DNA from: Felis catus
Taxonomy: Eukaryota
Direction: 5' to 3'
Assembly (NCBI RefSeq): GCF_018350175.1
Contig: NC_058383.1
Span: 9,240,001-9,304,000, forward strand
Length of the DNA stretch: 64,000 nt
Position numbers and translations under genes: made by a program. This document shows, one piece after another, positions 38,312-49,922 of this stretch (positions are counted from its first letter, which is position 1; every line of letters begins with the position of its first letter). The notes under the pieces were generated by a model, which was not told the origin of the DNA, did no database searches, and saw only the letters and a program-made list of their open reading frames with translations.

Positions 38312-41150
38312 AAAGCAGGATGCTTAAACCTCTCCACTATGGTCGCTTACAGTTAGCGTGGCCTTCAGGGCCCTCTGAGATGGGCCCCACTCACCTCCCT
38401 CACTTGCCCTCTTGCTCTCCTTCCTCCAGCCTGACCTTGCCAGTTTGCCAGCCCTGGCCTGTGCGATTCCCCTTTGCCTATCCAAGGGTCACTTCTGGAA
38501 ATCCTGCCCCCACTAAGACCCCACAGGATGTCCTGCCTCCCCACCCCCCACCCCATCTCTAATGGTATAATACTGCTTGTCACGGAGAGGTTTCCTCCAT
38601 TTGGTCCCTTGAGCAGAGACTCAGACTGACTGGCTGGGTCCTATGCCCAGAGGCAGTGCCAACAGGGATGGCAGATTTCACAACTGGGAGGGAGAGAGAA
38701 AAGGAGAGACCCAGGGATTGGCCTGGAACTGAGGATGGCTTGTGCACTCCACAGATCCTAGGGAGGCTGGAGCTGGTGAGAGGTGGCCACGGGGACTTGA
38801 GGTCCTCATCAGCCTAGAGCACAGAGCATTGCCTCTCAGGCACCCTTCTGCTGAGCAGAGGGGCCCTATTGCTAGTATTCGTTGAATCAAGGCCAATGTC
38901 TGGAGTCTGCAGACCTGAAGGACATCAGAGGCTTTTAGAGAGGGCCCAACTAAAAATCAGGGAAAGGCGTGGAGAAGCTTGGAAATGCTCCTGGACCACA
39001 GCAGGTGTCCCAGTGCCCAGTGCCAGCCTGTCCCGGTGGAAACCCGCAGACATGAGCCAGCCAGTCTACCCAAGGGTGCTGGCCCAGACCCCATATCTCA
39101 GTGGTGGTGCTCTGGGCATAGGGCCAGCCCAGCCTCAGACTCCCCTCTTGTCTCTGCCCCATGGTGGCCCAGGCAGGCTACAGTTTTCCTTGTCTTCTGC
39201 TTCGTTTCCTCTGGAAACTGGGGCCTGTTTCCTTTGCAGGAACTGAATCCCTTCCCGCCCACCTACCCTGTGCCCAGCTGTGTCCCAAGTGATGGCCTGA
39301 ACCCTCAAGACCTCAAAGCTGCTGCCCTTGGACTCACTCCTGTGGTAGGCACTGACAGTCCCCTGAGCGCTGACCTCTACCTGCCCCAGGCCATGGCCTT
39401 GGACACTAGGATCCCTCAGCCCCCTCGAGCAGCCCTGGCCCCTAGGCTCACTGCATCCCCCCTTCTGCTGTGGCCCCACCGAGCCTCTTTCGGTTGTACT
39501 TCAAGCTTGAAGCGTGGGACACTTCCATATGCCCTCCTCCTCTCCAGCCTTCCTGTCTGAGCTAATCTGCCCTCCCCTGCCTATGGCCACACTGATGTCC
39601 CTCCCCCCCTCCAGGACTAGCCGTGTGGACCCGGGCAAGTCCATTCACTTCTTTGAGGCTCGAGGCGCCCAGGTGGAAGGCAGGACCAGCCACACCTCTT
39701 GACGCGAGGATTACCTTGTCAAAGCTTGGCACCAGCTTTCCCACACTTCCAGTTTGCTGGCAGCCTTGCTCCCACTCTGACAAGACGTGAGGAGGCAGCC
39801 ACACCCCTGGAGGCCAGGGCCATCCTGCTGCCAGCCAGAAGGGAGCTGGCGAGCAGAGTGAGGGCGAGCCCTGGACGGGCTGATTCAGTTGGGACCACAG
39901 GAATGTGGACACGTCCAGGAGACACCTGAGATGCGGCATGTGTGTTGTCAGGGAGGAGGATGGCAGATTGAGGAGATAGGAGCTCAAGAAATGAATAGTG
40001 GTAGGGCTGGGTAGATGGGGCAGTGCCCTGGCCAACAGGCCCAGACCTGTGCTGCCAGCCGGGCCGGCACAATCCTCGTTCCATGTGTTTATTTATTTCC
40101 CTTGTTGGCTGCCCTCCAGGTCCAGCGAGGCCTTCGAAGCCAGGGACCTGCTTTGGCCTCCTGCCTGCTCCAGATTGTGGTATCCCAATGGGGAGCCCCG
40201 CACCAAGCAGTGGCAATTAAGGAGCCGCGCAGTGTTGAGGGTAACGCACTCGTGTGTATGTGTGCACGTGGCTGCTCTCACAGACCCCGGGCAAGTCGGG
40301 CTGTGGCCTTAGAATGTCATGGTGTCTTGCCGCAGCTTCAGGCTCCGTGACCTTGTAGGTGGAGATGGTGTGGGATCTCTCAAGTTCTCTGAGACTTCAC
40401 CCTGGGCTCCCAAACCCCCATCTGCTCTGTTCCTCTCCCAGATCCTTCCGAACCCTTCTTGGGCCAGGTGAGATGAGAGGGTGGTGGGTAGGACGAGGGC
40501 CAGGGAGAGGACCCAGGTAGGTGTGACTCTTCCTACCTGGGCTCGTCAAGGCAGGCCCTTCCTGGAGTGCACGTCTTCCCTGTCAGGGTCTTTGCCTCTT
40601 TTCCATCAAAGCCTGGGCCGCACTGCCCTCACCCTCTGCGGAGCGCCCTTGACCCGAGAGCCCAGGCCTGCTTCCTGCATGCGTGGACACTGGGGGATGG
40701 AAACTTCGACAAGGTCAACCTCCTCTCAGAAAGTCACCTGGAGTGCTACACCTCCCATACCTTCTACAGGGTCCTGCCCCTCCCGGGGAGAATAGTGAAG
40801 TCTCACTGAAGTCAGCAAGGGACTCCGAGCTCCCAAGAAGCTCCCCTCCCCTGGCCCTGCTCTGTCCCTCTGCACCTGACTGCAGCCTCTGAGTCCCTGA
40901 CTGCCCAAGCCTGGACCTGGTTTCCCCAATCACAGCTAGTTACAATCATTTCTTCTCTCTTCATGGACTCAGGGCCTAGCATGGGGCTCGGCACACAGGA
41001 GACCCTGGGCAAAAGTGATCAGTGTGTCAGCCAGCAAATGGCACGGAACCCCAGGCCATTAGAGGGGGCCCAACTGAAAATCAGGGAAAGGCCTGGAGAA
41101 GCTTGGATCTGAGGCAGAGGCAGAGGCAGAGGCTGGCAGTTGCTTCAAAC

Positions 41151-41156
41151 TTTATT
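41151..41156 (-). terminator. HSPB1: HSPB1 polyadenylation signal AATAAA
   Basis: tttatt on the + strand, about 110 nt past the stop codon. Confidence 0.9.
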
Positions 41157-41264
41157 TGAGAAAAACAGAAGGTTAACGTATCAAAAGAGCATACAGGTTG
41201 GTGGGTGGGGATGGTCAGTGATGGCTACTGAGGCAAGGGGCAGTAGACAGCAGGGCTAAGGTCT

Positions 41265-41454
41265 TTACTTGGCTGCAGGCTGCTCCGACTTCCCAGCTTC
41301 TGGGCCCCCAAGCTGGGCACGTGCCTCGAAGGTGACAGGAATAGTGATTTCTGCCGACTGTGTGGCTGGCTTGGGCATGGGGGCCTCCACGGTGAGCGTG
41401 CCCTCAGGGGACAGGGAGGAGGAGACCAGAGTGGGGTCCACACCAGGGGGCAGC
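41265..41454 (-). CDS. HSPB1: Heat shock protein beta-1 (HSP27) exon 3
   Basis: TAG acceptor at 41457-41455. Encodes (T)[62 protein letters not shown] with the IXI/V motif; 190 nt. Confidence 0.97.
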
Positions 41455-41558
41455 CTAGACAGACAGAGGAGGAAGACAAGAGTTACAGCCCCATGCCTCA
41501 CTGCCCCCTCCGCCCCGCACCCCTCTTCCCGCCCCCCTCAATCTGGGGCCAAGACTCA

Positions 41559-41657
<99 letters not shown>

Positions 41658-41733
41658 TCAGAAGCTGCAGGGAGGGGCCCGCCCAAATCCACACATGCCC
41701 CAGTGAGTGGCCAGACTAAGCCCGAGGCCCCTC

Positions 41734-41748
41734 AGAAGCTTCTGGAAA
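41734..41748. promoter_or_regulatory. HSPB1: Intronic heat shock element
   Basis: aGAAg cTTCt gGAAa: three perfect alternating nGAAn units in intron 1. Confidence 0.75.
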
Positions 41749-42143
41749 GTTGGGTTCAAAGTAGGGTGGGGCAGGGCGCCGCGCCAAGGAAGCGCACACG
41801 CCCCCTCTGCGGACCCGGGCTTAGGGCAAGCAGCAGGGCCAGCGCCAGTCCCCTCTGCCCGGGGCCTGCGGATGGCCCCGAGGAGATCTGGTCATTTGGG
41901 GGCGGGGCTGGAGGTCTCCTCCGGAAGGAGCCATTTCTTCCCTCAAATAGAGCACTTTTCGGGCCAGAAGGGCCCTGAGGAAGCACACGCAGTCCCCTTT
42001 CCAGAGCCGGAGCCAGAGCCTGGGGGCAGGGTGAGTCCCAAGTCTTCCGGGTCCCTTGGTGGAGTTTCCCTGCCCAGTTCCCCCGCGCCCACGGCTCAAC
42101 CTCCCACCCCGCCCGCTTGGTCCCCGCAGGGCCGGGGGCTCAC

Positions 42144-42507
42144 CGGTGATCTCCACCACGCCGTCCTTGGTCTTGACCGTCAGCTCCTCGGGGGCGAAGT
42201 GGTTGACGTCCAGGGACACGCGCCAGCGGTCGGCCGTCTGCCGGATCTCCGAGACGCCGCTGCTGAGCTGCCGGCTGAGCGCGCGGCTGTAGGCGGGCGC
42301 GGCCACCGCGGCGGGGCCCTCGACCGCGGGCAGCGGGCGCACGTAGCCCGGCCAGCCGCTGTGGCCGAACCACTGCGCCCACTCCTCGGGCAGCCGGGGC
42401 AGCCCGAAGGCCTGGTCGAAGAGGCGGCTGTGGGCCGGGTACCAGTCGCGGAAAGGGTCCCAGCTGGGGCTCCGCAGGAGCGAGAAGGGCACTCGGCGCT
42501 CGGTCAT
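42144..42507 (-). CDS. HSPB1: HSP27 exon 1
   Basis: [22 protein letters not shown]...[14 protein letters not shown]...DGVVEIT(G), donor G|GTGAGC. 364+64+190=618 nt = 205 aa plus stop. WDPF motif and the S15/S78/S82 phosphosite contexts are present. Confidence 0.98.
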
Positions 42508-42575
42508 GTTGGCTCTGCTCCGCGCGTCTGGCTGAGGCTTGGAGAGAGAAGTGCGGAGCGGCGGCCCCGCAGCGC

Positions 42576-42733
42576 TTTTATGCGTCTCCAGCCGGGTATT
42601 TTTAGCAGGCGGTGTTTCAGGTCTCTATTAAAGGCAATGACGGGCTGGGGGCAGCCCCTCCCCCTGCATTCCTCCCCTGCACTCGGGGCGGGGGCGGGCC
42701 GAGGAAGGCCCTGCCCACATCTGGAACCTTCTC
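42576..42733 (-). promoter_or_regulatory. HSPB1: HSPB1 proximal promoter: two TATA-like boxes, GC boxes, HSE
   Basis: Minus strand CATAAAA (42582-42576) and TTTAATA (about 42632-42626), tandem GGGGCGG boxes (42685-42698), HSE aGAAgGTTCcaGATg (about 42733-42718). Confidence 0.85.
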
Positions 42734-42969
42734 TTGTTTGAGAAAACAAATGACTGGAGCACCGGTGCTGGTGCAGTGCCCGCTGCCGGACACTCGCAGG
42801 CCTGGACGGTAGAGCGCTGGGTGGCGCGGCTGGTGGTCAGTCCTATCCCTTTGCCCTGGAGGACAAAGCCCAGAGAGGCTGGGCTACTTGTCCCAGGCCA
42901 CGGGTATCTGGAAGTGGCAGAGCCGGGATTTGAACCACAAGGTGTCTATGAAATAATGTCTTTAAAAGC

Positions 42970-43230
42970 AGCGTGGTGTCGTCGATGAGAGTGTGGGCTC
43001 TGGAGCCAGGCTGTCTGACTTCACATCCTGGTTCTGCCACTAACTGGGTGGATGTGCCCAAGTCAGACTCTGTGCCTCAGTTTCCCTATCTGGAAAATGG
43101 AGATGGTGATGATGATGATGATGATAAAAATGCTTACATCATTGGGTTGATGTGAGAATTCATCAACTTAAAGCAAGTAGAGATTTTAGGCCAGGGCCAG
43201 GGCCTGGTACCTGCTCATTGTTCATTGTTG
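42970..43230 (+). mobile_element. MIR element upstream of HSPB1, with (GAT)n
   Basis: MIR core ctctgtgcctcagtttccctatctggaaaatggagat and gggctctggagccaggctg head. Confidence 0.75.
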
Positions 43231-43791
43231 TTATTTTATCTATCTGCAGTTAAAGGGGGGAAGAGGAAGGAGAGTGTGTTATGTATCTCTGTTGCAGAGG
43301 CAGTGACCCAGGTCGGAAACCCACTGCTGACAGGGAGTCAGGAGGAAAGTTGTTGCAAATCCCCCCATATATCTTATTTTTCCTCGAGGAGCCCTGGACC
43401 GGGAACTTGAAAGACAGTAACTTTGAATTTAGCCTGGGCTTTGGTGTTGACTTACTGTGATTTGGGGCAAGTCCCCTCCTTTCTCCAGACCTCAGTTTCC
43501 TTTTTTGTAGATTCTTATCTCAAAGTCCCTTTTGTTTATGATTCCCACAGGACCAAGGGAGGGAGAGCGCTAGGCAGTACATTTCTCTCAAACTTGCTTG
43601 GAGCCTGAGGCCTGCCCTTGGGCCCCTACCTCCTGTCTGACCACCTGTGAGATCCAGGCCCCCACCTCCCACCTCTGGGAGAGGGTGCTGCACCTAGGCT
43701 CCTGCCATAATCCTGACATTCCCTATCTCCTGCTTTCATAGGCATGAGCCCCCTCCATTCTTTCTCCTGATTTATACCCTATTATCCCTAC

Positions 43792-43970
43792 TTTTTTTTT
43801 AATGTTTATTTATTTTGAGAGCAGGGGAGGGGCAGAGAGAGAATCCCAAGCAGGCTCCATGCTGTCAGTGCAGAGCCCGACTCGGGGCTCAAACCCCCAA
43901 ACCATGAGACCATGACCTGAGCTGAGATCAAGAGTCAGATGCTTAACTGACTCAGCCACCCAGGTGCCCC
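43792..43970 (-). mobile_element. Can-SINE
   Basis: Full body, with an atccct flanking duplication. Confidence 0.9.
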
Positions 43971-44332
43971 ATCCCTCCTTTTTAGATGAGGAAACTGGAG
44001 TTCAAAGAGATATAGTGACTGGCGTACTGTCTCCTGTGAGACGCTAGCACAGTAAGCCTCTTGCCTCTCTAGTGCCCTAGCTCTTACCCTTGTGAGGCTC
44101 CCACCTTGGAGTCCTCCACTTCTGCTCTTTAGGAGGCCCACTCTGCTTAATGCCCCTTTCCCAGGGCTGCGCTGAGGCTGAACCCCGACCAGTTTTACAG
44201 GGAGCCCTGTAGATACCTGAGAAACTAGAAGCCAGACTCCAGCCACTCGCTTTGATGAGCTCAGGGTAGCAACAAATCTCATGCCTTCTCTGTGTCTGTT
44301 TCCTCTTCAGGAGAGAGCTCCTGGATGCCTGC

Positions 44333-44405
<73 letters not shown>

Positions 44406-44414
44406 TCTCTTTCT

Positions 44415-44509
<95 letters not shown>

Positions 44510-44510
44510 C
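44333..44510. repeat. (TTTC)n tetranucleotide microsatellite, interrupted
   Basis: About 175 bp of tttc units with one cttcctctctt interruption. Confidence 0.97.
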
Positions 44511-45269
44511 TCATCCATCTCCTCCCCATCTAGGAAGAGCAGGGGCCAGGGCATGAGTCTGAGGTTGTTCTGGTCACCTCTGAGCTCCTGGGACTTTTGT
44601 GGGCCAAGAGTGCAAAGCAGATGGAACCCCTGTTTCTGTTCCACCTCCCTTGCTGGGTCGTGTCATGGGCCCAGTGGGTCTCCTTTGGGAGCTACTGGCT
44701 GCCTCCCCCCCCCCCCCCCGCCCCGGGCCCACAAGGGTTTCAGCTTTAGCGAGCCCCAGGCCTTCACTCCCTGGCACTCCCAGGCCCACCCATCCCCAGC
44801 TCTGTAAAGTGGAGGTGAGGTCAGGAGCCAGGGAGGGCCCTTGTCCGCCCCTGCTTGCCCACCTTGGCCCAGACTGGAGCCCAGGAGCCCCACCCTACAG
44901 AGACCTGTCAGATGTGGTCATGGATGCTTTCAAGTGTGGTCCTGCCCGGCCCAGCCACGTTCTGGGTGGGGGCTGCTGGGCTGCCTCCCTGCCAACACTT
45001 TGTAGACAGAAGCTCCCTTCGTAGCTCCCTGCATCTTGCCCGAAGCCAGGGTGGGGAGGGTCCATTCCTGTTGCCCCAGCCAGGGAAGTTGTGTAAGCCA
45101 GGGCCCAACAGTTCCTAGCACCCTGCCCATGGTGGGTGGGTGGGGGGGCAGGACTGAGAGTTCATATCAATCTTCAGCGGGTCAGTTCTTGAGGGACCCT
45201 GCCAATCACAAGGGAAGGGACGTGGGTGGCTCTGGGTGGTGGTAAGGGGGTGGGGTGGGGGACAAACTG

Positions 45270-45460
45270 GGTTTTGGGGTCAGACAAGGCTGGGCTTGAA
45301 TCTGGGTGCTGCTGTTCACTGGCCTGGTGACCTCTCTGAGCCCGCCGACCCCATCTGCAAAACGTCGGCAATAATAAGGCACCCGTGTTGCCGGGCGGTG
45401 GTGAATCTCAAATGTAGTAATGTATGGGAAGTGCGTGGCGCTCAGTAAGTGCTCATTGTT
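45270..45460 (+). mobile_element. MIR element
   Basis: tcagacaaggctgggcttgaatc...catctgcaaaacg...ggcgctcagtaagtgctca. Confidence 0.65.
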
Positions 45461-48411
45461 ATTAAGGAAAGAGGTCCTTTCATTTTGGATACTGAGATTT
45501 AGGCTAATGTGAATTACCCAGTTGTATGCATTCTAGAGCAGGTCCAAGTATCTTATCAAAGTCTCGTTTCTGAGATGAGAAAACGGAGTTAGAATTGCCC
45601 CAAGGTCACAAAGCTGGTAAGGGGGCAGGAGGGGGTGGTGGGGGAGTGGATTGGAACTCAAGCCTCCTGACTGAGGGGAGAGACTTTCTGAGCTGTCCAG
45701 GGAGGGCTGTGGTCTGTGAGCTTGTGGGTGCAGGGGGAGGTGTGCAGCCAAGGGGGAGGGAAGGTCGGGCCAGCCTCTCTGGAGTCCCTTGCCGCCCTGA
45801 CCAGGCCCCCTTTCGGGAGGTCACACCGTTATTCCCTGGGCACAGGGCAAGGGAAGCAAAGGCTGAATGTCAGCCCCTACTTGTCTACCTGCCCAAATAT
45901 TCTTTGACAATCTTCTACTGTATCATTCTGGGCACTGAGCTGCCAGGGCTAGGCTTTCTGGGATTAAGAGGACAACTCCACCCCCAGAGATTTCCCAGTA
46001 GCCACAAGGGGAGTCGGGGGGAGGTTGGCACTGCAGGGTCTGGGATTCCTTGATCAGAGGGGCCCCTCCCCTCATCCTTAGCCCCGAAGTCTGCGGTACT
46101 CTGCAGCAACCCAAGGCCAGCCTCGGAGCCTCCTTGCCTGGCACTGAGCCCAAGGCCTTGGCCACACTAGCCACACCTTTGACAGGCCTTTGCCAACTGT
46201 GGCTGAGCCAGCCCCTCCCTCCCTGGCTCAGCCTTAGAGAAGGCTCGAGAGTCTTCAGGCAGCTGCCCGAGCTCCCTGGAGAGGCCTGACAGCTGATGGG
46301 TTGTACCAGTCGCTGGGCTTACTGGGAATTAAAAATATGGGCAACAGTAATTAGAGCACATGGGGGTGGGGGGCACTGGATCTTTCTGGAAGCATCTAGA
46401 TACTGCCCCTCTGGGAGTATCTCTCCAACCTGCCCACCCCCTAGGCTTCTGGCTAACCTTGGGTGTCACCTCGCCCCACCACCACTGAAAGGGGGCCAAG
46501 GAGGAGCCATGTGGGGAGGGCTGGGGATCCATCCCCTGGCCCCTCCCGCCCTGCTGTCTAGCAGAAGGAATCTGTCTAGTCTGGGAGTCTGGGGACCTGC
46601 AGTGTCTCTGGCTCTGTGACCTTGGCCAGCAGCTGGCTCCCGTGACTCATTTTCTTCATCTGTACAATGAGACCATTGGACTGGATGTTCTCGAAGGCTC
46701 CTTCCAGCTTGGTGAATCAACAGTTTCTCCTCCACTCGCCCTCACTCCCCCAGCCCCTCCGCACTGCCCGCTGTGCCATCTAATACTGTTGAAAGGGGTG
46801 TGTGTGTGGTGAGTGGAGGGAGGCAGAGAGGGAGGACCTGGCATCCCCTGTGGTGTCTGTGGGGGTGGGAGGCCCTACAGCCGGAGCGCCTTCATGTCTT
46901 GGGTGTCCTTGAGTGGAGGAGAGGGGCCTGGTGAAGGAAGGGCAGGTGTCTTGTGATCGGGCCTGTTTGCTGAACACGCCCTCAGCCGAGAGGCCGGTGC
47001 GAGTCCAAGGGGCTTTCAAGAGCATCTCAGAGAGGCAGGGGATGGGAGACACTATCTGGGACACCCAAACTGGGCGTGTACTCTTGTGACTTGCTACCCT
47101 GGGTCTGGGACTGCGGGAAACCAATTAAGAAGAGAAAACACCACCAGAACGCAACACAGGAAGCCCTGCCCAGCCTGACTCCCAGCTACCGTATTGGGAG
47201 TACAAGGTTAGAGGGGTCCCCGAGGCCCCCATCTGCAGAGAGACCAGGAGAGGACCTACGACACCCCAAAGGCCCACGTCCTGGGGAGGTTCCCCCCGCC
47301 CCATCCCCTCCACCCCTTGCTACCAGGTGCAGAATTGGAGTTTTCTATTTTCCTGCTTGCCTTCCTGGAGGTATTTTTTTTTCTCTTTTCCCAAGCTAGA
47401 ACAGAGTTTAGGCTGAACCCTCAGTCTGTGGGTGGGCAGGGGCTTTGTCCTCTCCCCCTCCTTCCCCGGGGCTTGGACGCTGTTTCCCCAAGTAGCCGGG
47501 GTGGGTGCTGAGGACAGAAGCTTGGGGTTTTCCAGGCTGACCTAGACCATCCCCCAGGGCTCCCTCTCCATTCAGGCCAGTTTTGTGTCACTACTGGCCA
47601 GCCACCAACAGGCAATTTTCCTTTTCTGTCGCCCTCTAGTGTCTATCTGCCACCACCGCACCTTGCCTTTGGTTCATGCCCTCCCCCAAGGTTTCTGGAA
47701 ACGCTCGCTCCCTGGCTCCCTGATTCACTTGTTTACTCAGTTGACAGACATCTCAAAGGTGCTTATTTGGGAGATGCAGAGGCCAAGAAGGCATGGCCTG
47801 GCTCCAGAAACTCATAGATTTAGGGAAAGATAGGCATGCCAACAGATAAGCTGAACAAGAGCTTAGGGACCTAAAGGCAGGTACAGACCCCAAAGAGCTG
47901 GAGGGACCCAGAGGTGAGAGTGGGCATTGCAGCTGGAGATCGGGAAGGCTCCTTGGAGTAGGAGGCAGCTGAGCTAGGTCCTGAACCAGGAGCTCACCTG
48001 AACGTTTGGAGGTGGAGACGGCATGCGTGGAGGGCCCGAGGAGGTGGGTCAGCTGGATGGGGTGTATTGGAGTCAAGGACAATGATGGGAGGGGAAGCTA
48101 GGTGGGGTGTGGGGCTTGAGGGAGGTGGGGGTGTTCAAAGCCCACGGGGTCTCCAGGCTGAAAGGAAAGTCTTCTTGGGTCCCCGTTTTCCTCCCCGCTG
48201 AGCTGCACGCTCCGCTCCAGCACTCAGGCAGGGAGATGGACACCCTGGGTTCTGGTTCCTTCCTGCCAGATCTCCTCTCTGGGGTGGAGTCCGTGACCCT
48301 CTCCTTTCTTGGAGGGAAGGACCCCCCAGGACCTTATGCCCTCCCCACACTCCCCAGGTGCCCAAATCCACAGAGACCTAGTCTCACCACCTGCCATCCG
48401 GGCACCGAGTG

Positions 48412-48417
48412 TTTATT
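48412..48417 (-). terminator. SRRM3: SRRM3 polyadenylation signal AATAAA
   Basis: First canonical minus-strand hexamer I found after the stop, about 1.28 kb downstream, followed by GU-rich sequence. Confidence 0.75.
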
Positions 48418-49693
48418 AGAGTCCAATTTTTATCCGCACCGCGGAGAAAGAGGGAGAGGAAAATAGAGAGAGGGGGAACCCGGACCAGACCCCAGACCCC
48501 TCCCCCCTGTGGGAGCCCAGGGCAGATGCCCTGTTGGGCCAAGGAAGACTTTGTGAGATCCCTGAGGGCCCCAGGAGGAGTGGGCTGGGAGCAGCAGAAG
48601 AGGGCTGGGGGTGGGGGGGTGCCACTCGAGGTCCCAGGCCAAGGCCCTGCATCTAGATCTTACCCTTTGCTGTAGCACCCCTCTCTGGGTAGCCTCCACT
48701 GACTACCTCCCCACCAAATCCCGAGAAGGAAGCGCTCCCTCGGGCAGGCCCCGAAGTGCCTGTTATCCTATACCTGCGACCCTGTGCTGCCATCTGGCCC
48801 ATGTCCCAGACACAGGGCACACTGGGACACCAGGGCTTGCTCGGTCATCGGACTGCGTTGCCTTCTCCCACTCCTCACAGGCTCTCTTCCATCTACCTCT
48901 TCTCTCCTCACCTTCTGACCTGAACCCCTTTTGATGTCAGGCTCGGATGCAGCATAGTCTATACTTCCCATCTCTTGTCATGCAGAAGGCCTGGCTGCTG
49001 CTGCGGCCTTGGCCCCGGGCATGGGGTGAGGGCCGAAGGGGAGAGCCTGGCCTGGAAGGGAGAGGTGGGACCAAGAGTAAGCTCCCCGGCTCCTCAGGCT
49101 GGGGCTTAGGGGCCCACCTAGTCTGGGTCCTCCTGGGCCAGGGGAGGGGTCGGGGGAGGCTGTGGGGCCAGCCTCCAGCCATCAGCCAGGATCCTGCAGC
49201 CAGCTCAGAAGGAAGCCGCTCCCCAGCTTGGATGGTGATGCACCAAGGGTTAGGTGGTTCTTCCTTCTGTCTAACTTAGATCCTGCCTGCCAGCCCACCT
49301 CCTCGTCTGCACGTTGATAGAAAGGAGCCGAGGGCCCTGTGGAGTGGGTGCGGGAGGCTTCCAGGTCTGGCACCTTCCGAGGTGTCCCTGGGTCCACCGA
49401 GCTGTCCCCAGCCTGGTGAGCTGGCATCAAGCAGGAAGGGGGACAGGGCGATCCCTGTGTTCGCAACGGCTCTTTGTTCCCTGGACACGGTGGGCAGGCA
49501 GGAGGTGGGGGTGGGGACCCTCTAGAAGCAGCAGAACCCAGCTCCTCCTTGTCTGCAGGGCGCCCACACTCAAGGTCTTCCCTGGCCCGGGGACCCCCTT
49601 GTAGCAGTGGGGTGCAGGCCCCCTCACGGGTCCTGGGGCCTGACCCCTCGCCTCTCCCTTTGCCAGGGGGCACCAAGCTGGGTCTGTCCGGGC

Positions 49694-49922
49694 TCAGAAG
49701 CCCCCACTCTCTGAGCTGCTCCGGCTGTGGTAGCTGGGACTGGGGGTCCGGGAGGGGCTGCGCGTGCGGCTGCGGGTCCCGCGGCTGCGGCTGCTGTAGC
49801 TTCCGTGGCTGTGACCGGGACTGGGGCTGCGGCTGGGGCTCCGGCTTGAGTAGTCGCTGCTCAGGCAGCTGGAGGAGGACGAGGGGCTGGGCCGGTAGTA
49901 GGGGATGGGACGCTTTCGGGCA
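49694..49922 (-). CDS. SRRM3: SRRM3 terminal coding exon (C-terminal half of eMIC plus SR-rich tail)
   Basis: CAG acceptor at 49925-49923. Encodes (S)ARKRPIPYYRPSPSSSSSCLSSDYSSRSPSRSPSPGHSHGSYSSRSRGTRSRTRSPSRTPSPSYHSRSSSESGGF*; phase matches the previous exon. Confidence 0.93.

Noticed and set aside
41821..42507. 228-aa ORF as the full HSPB1 protein
   Set aside because: It reads through the exon 1 donor at 42143; similarity to HSP27 stops at VVEITG. The spliced product is 205 aa.
41707..42741. 344-aa plus-strand ORF antisense to HSPB1
   Set aside because: Stop-poor GC-rich shadow of a CpG island and coding exon; no recognisable domain.
44077..44807. KERK/FFLS repeat ORFs (also at 2310-2826)
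   Set aside because: Translations of (TTTC)n microsatellites.
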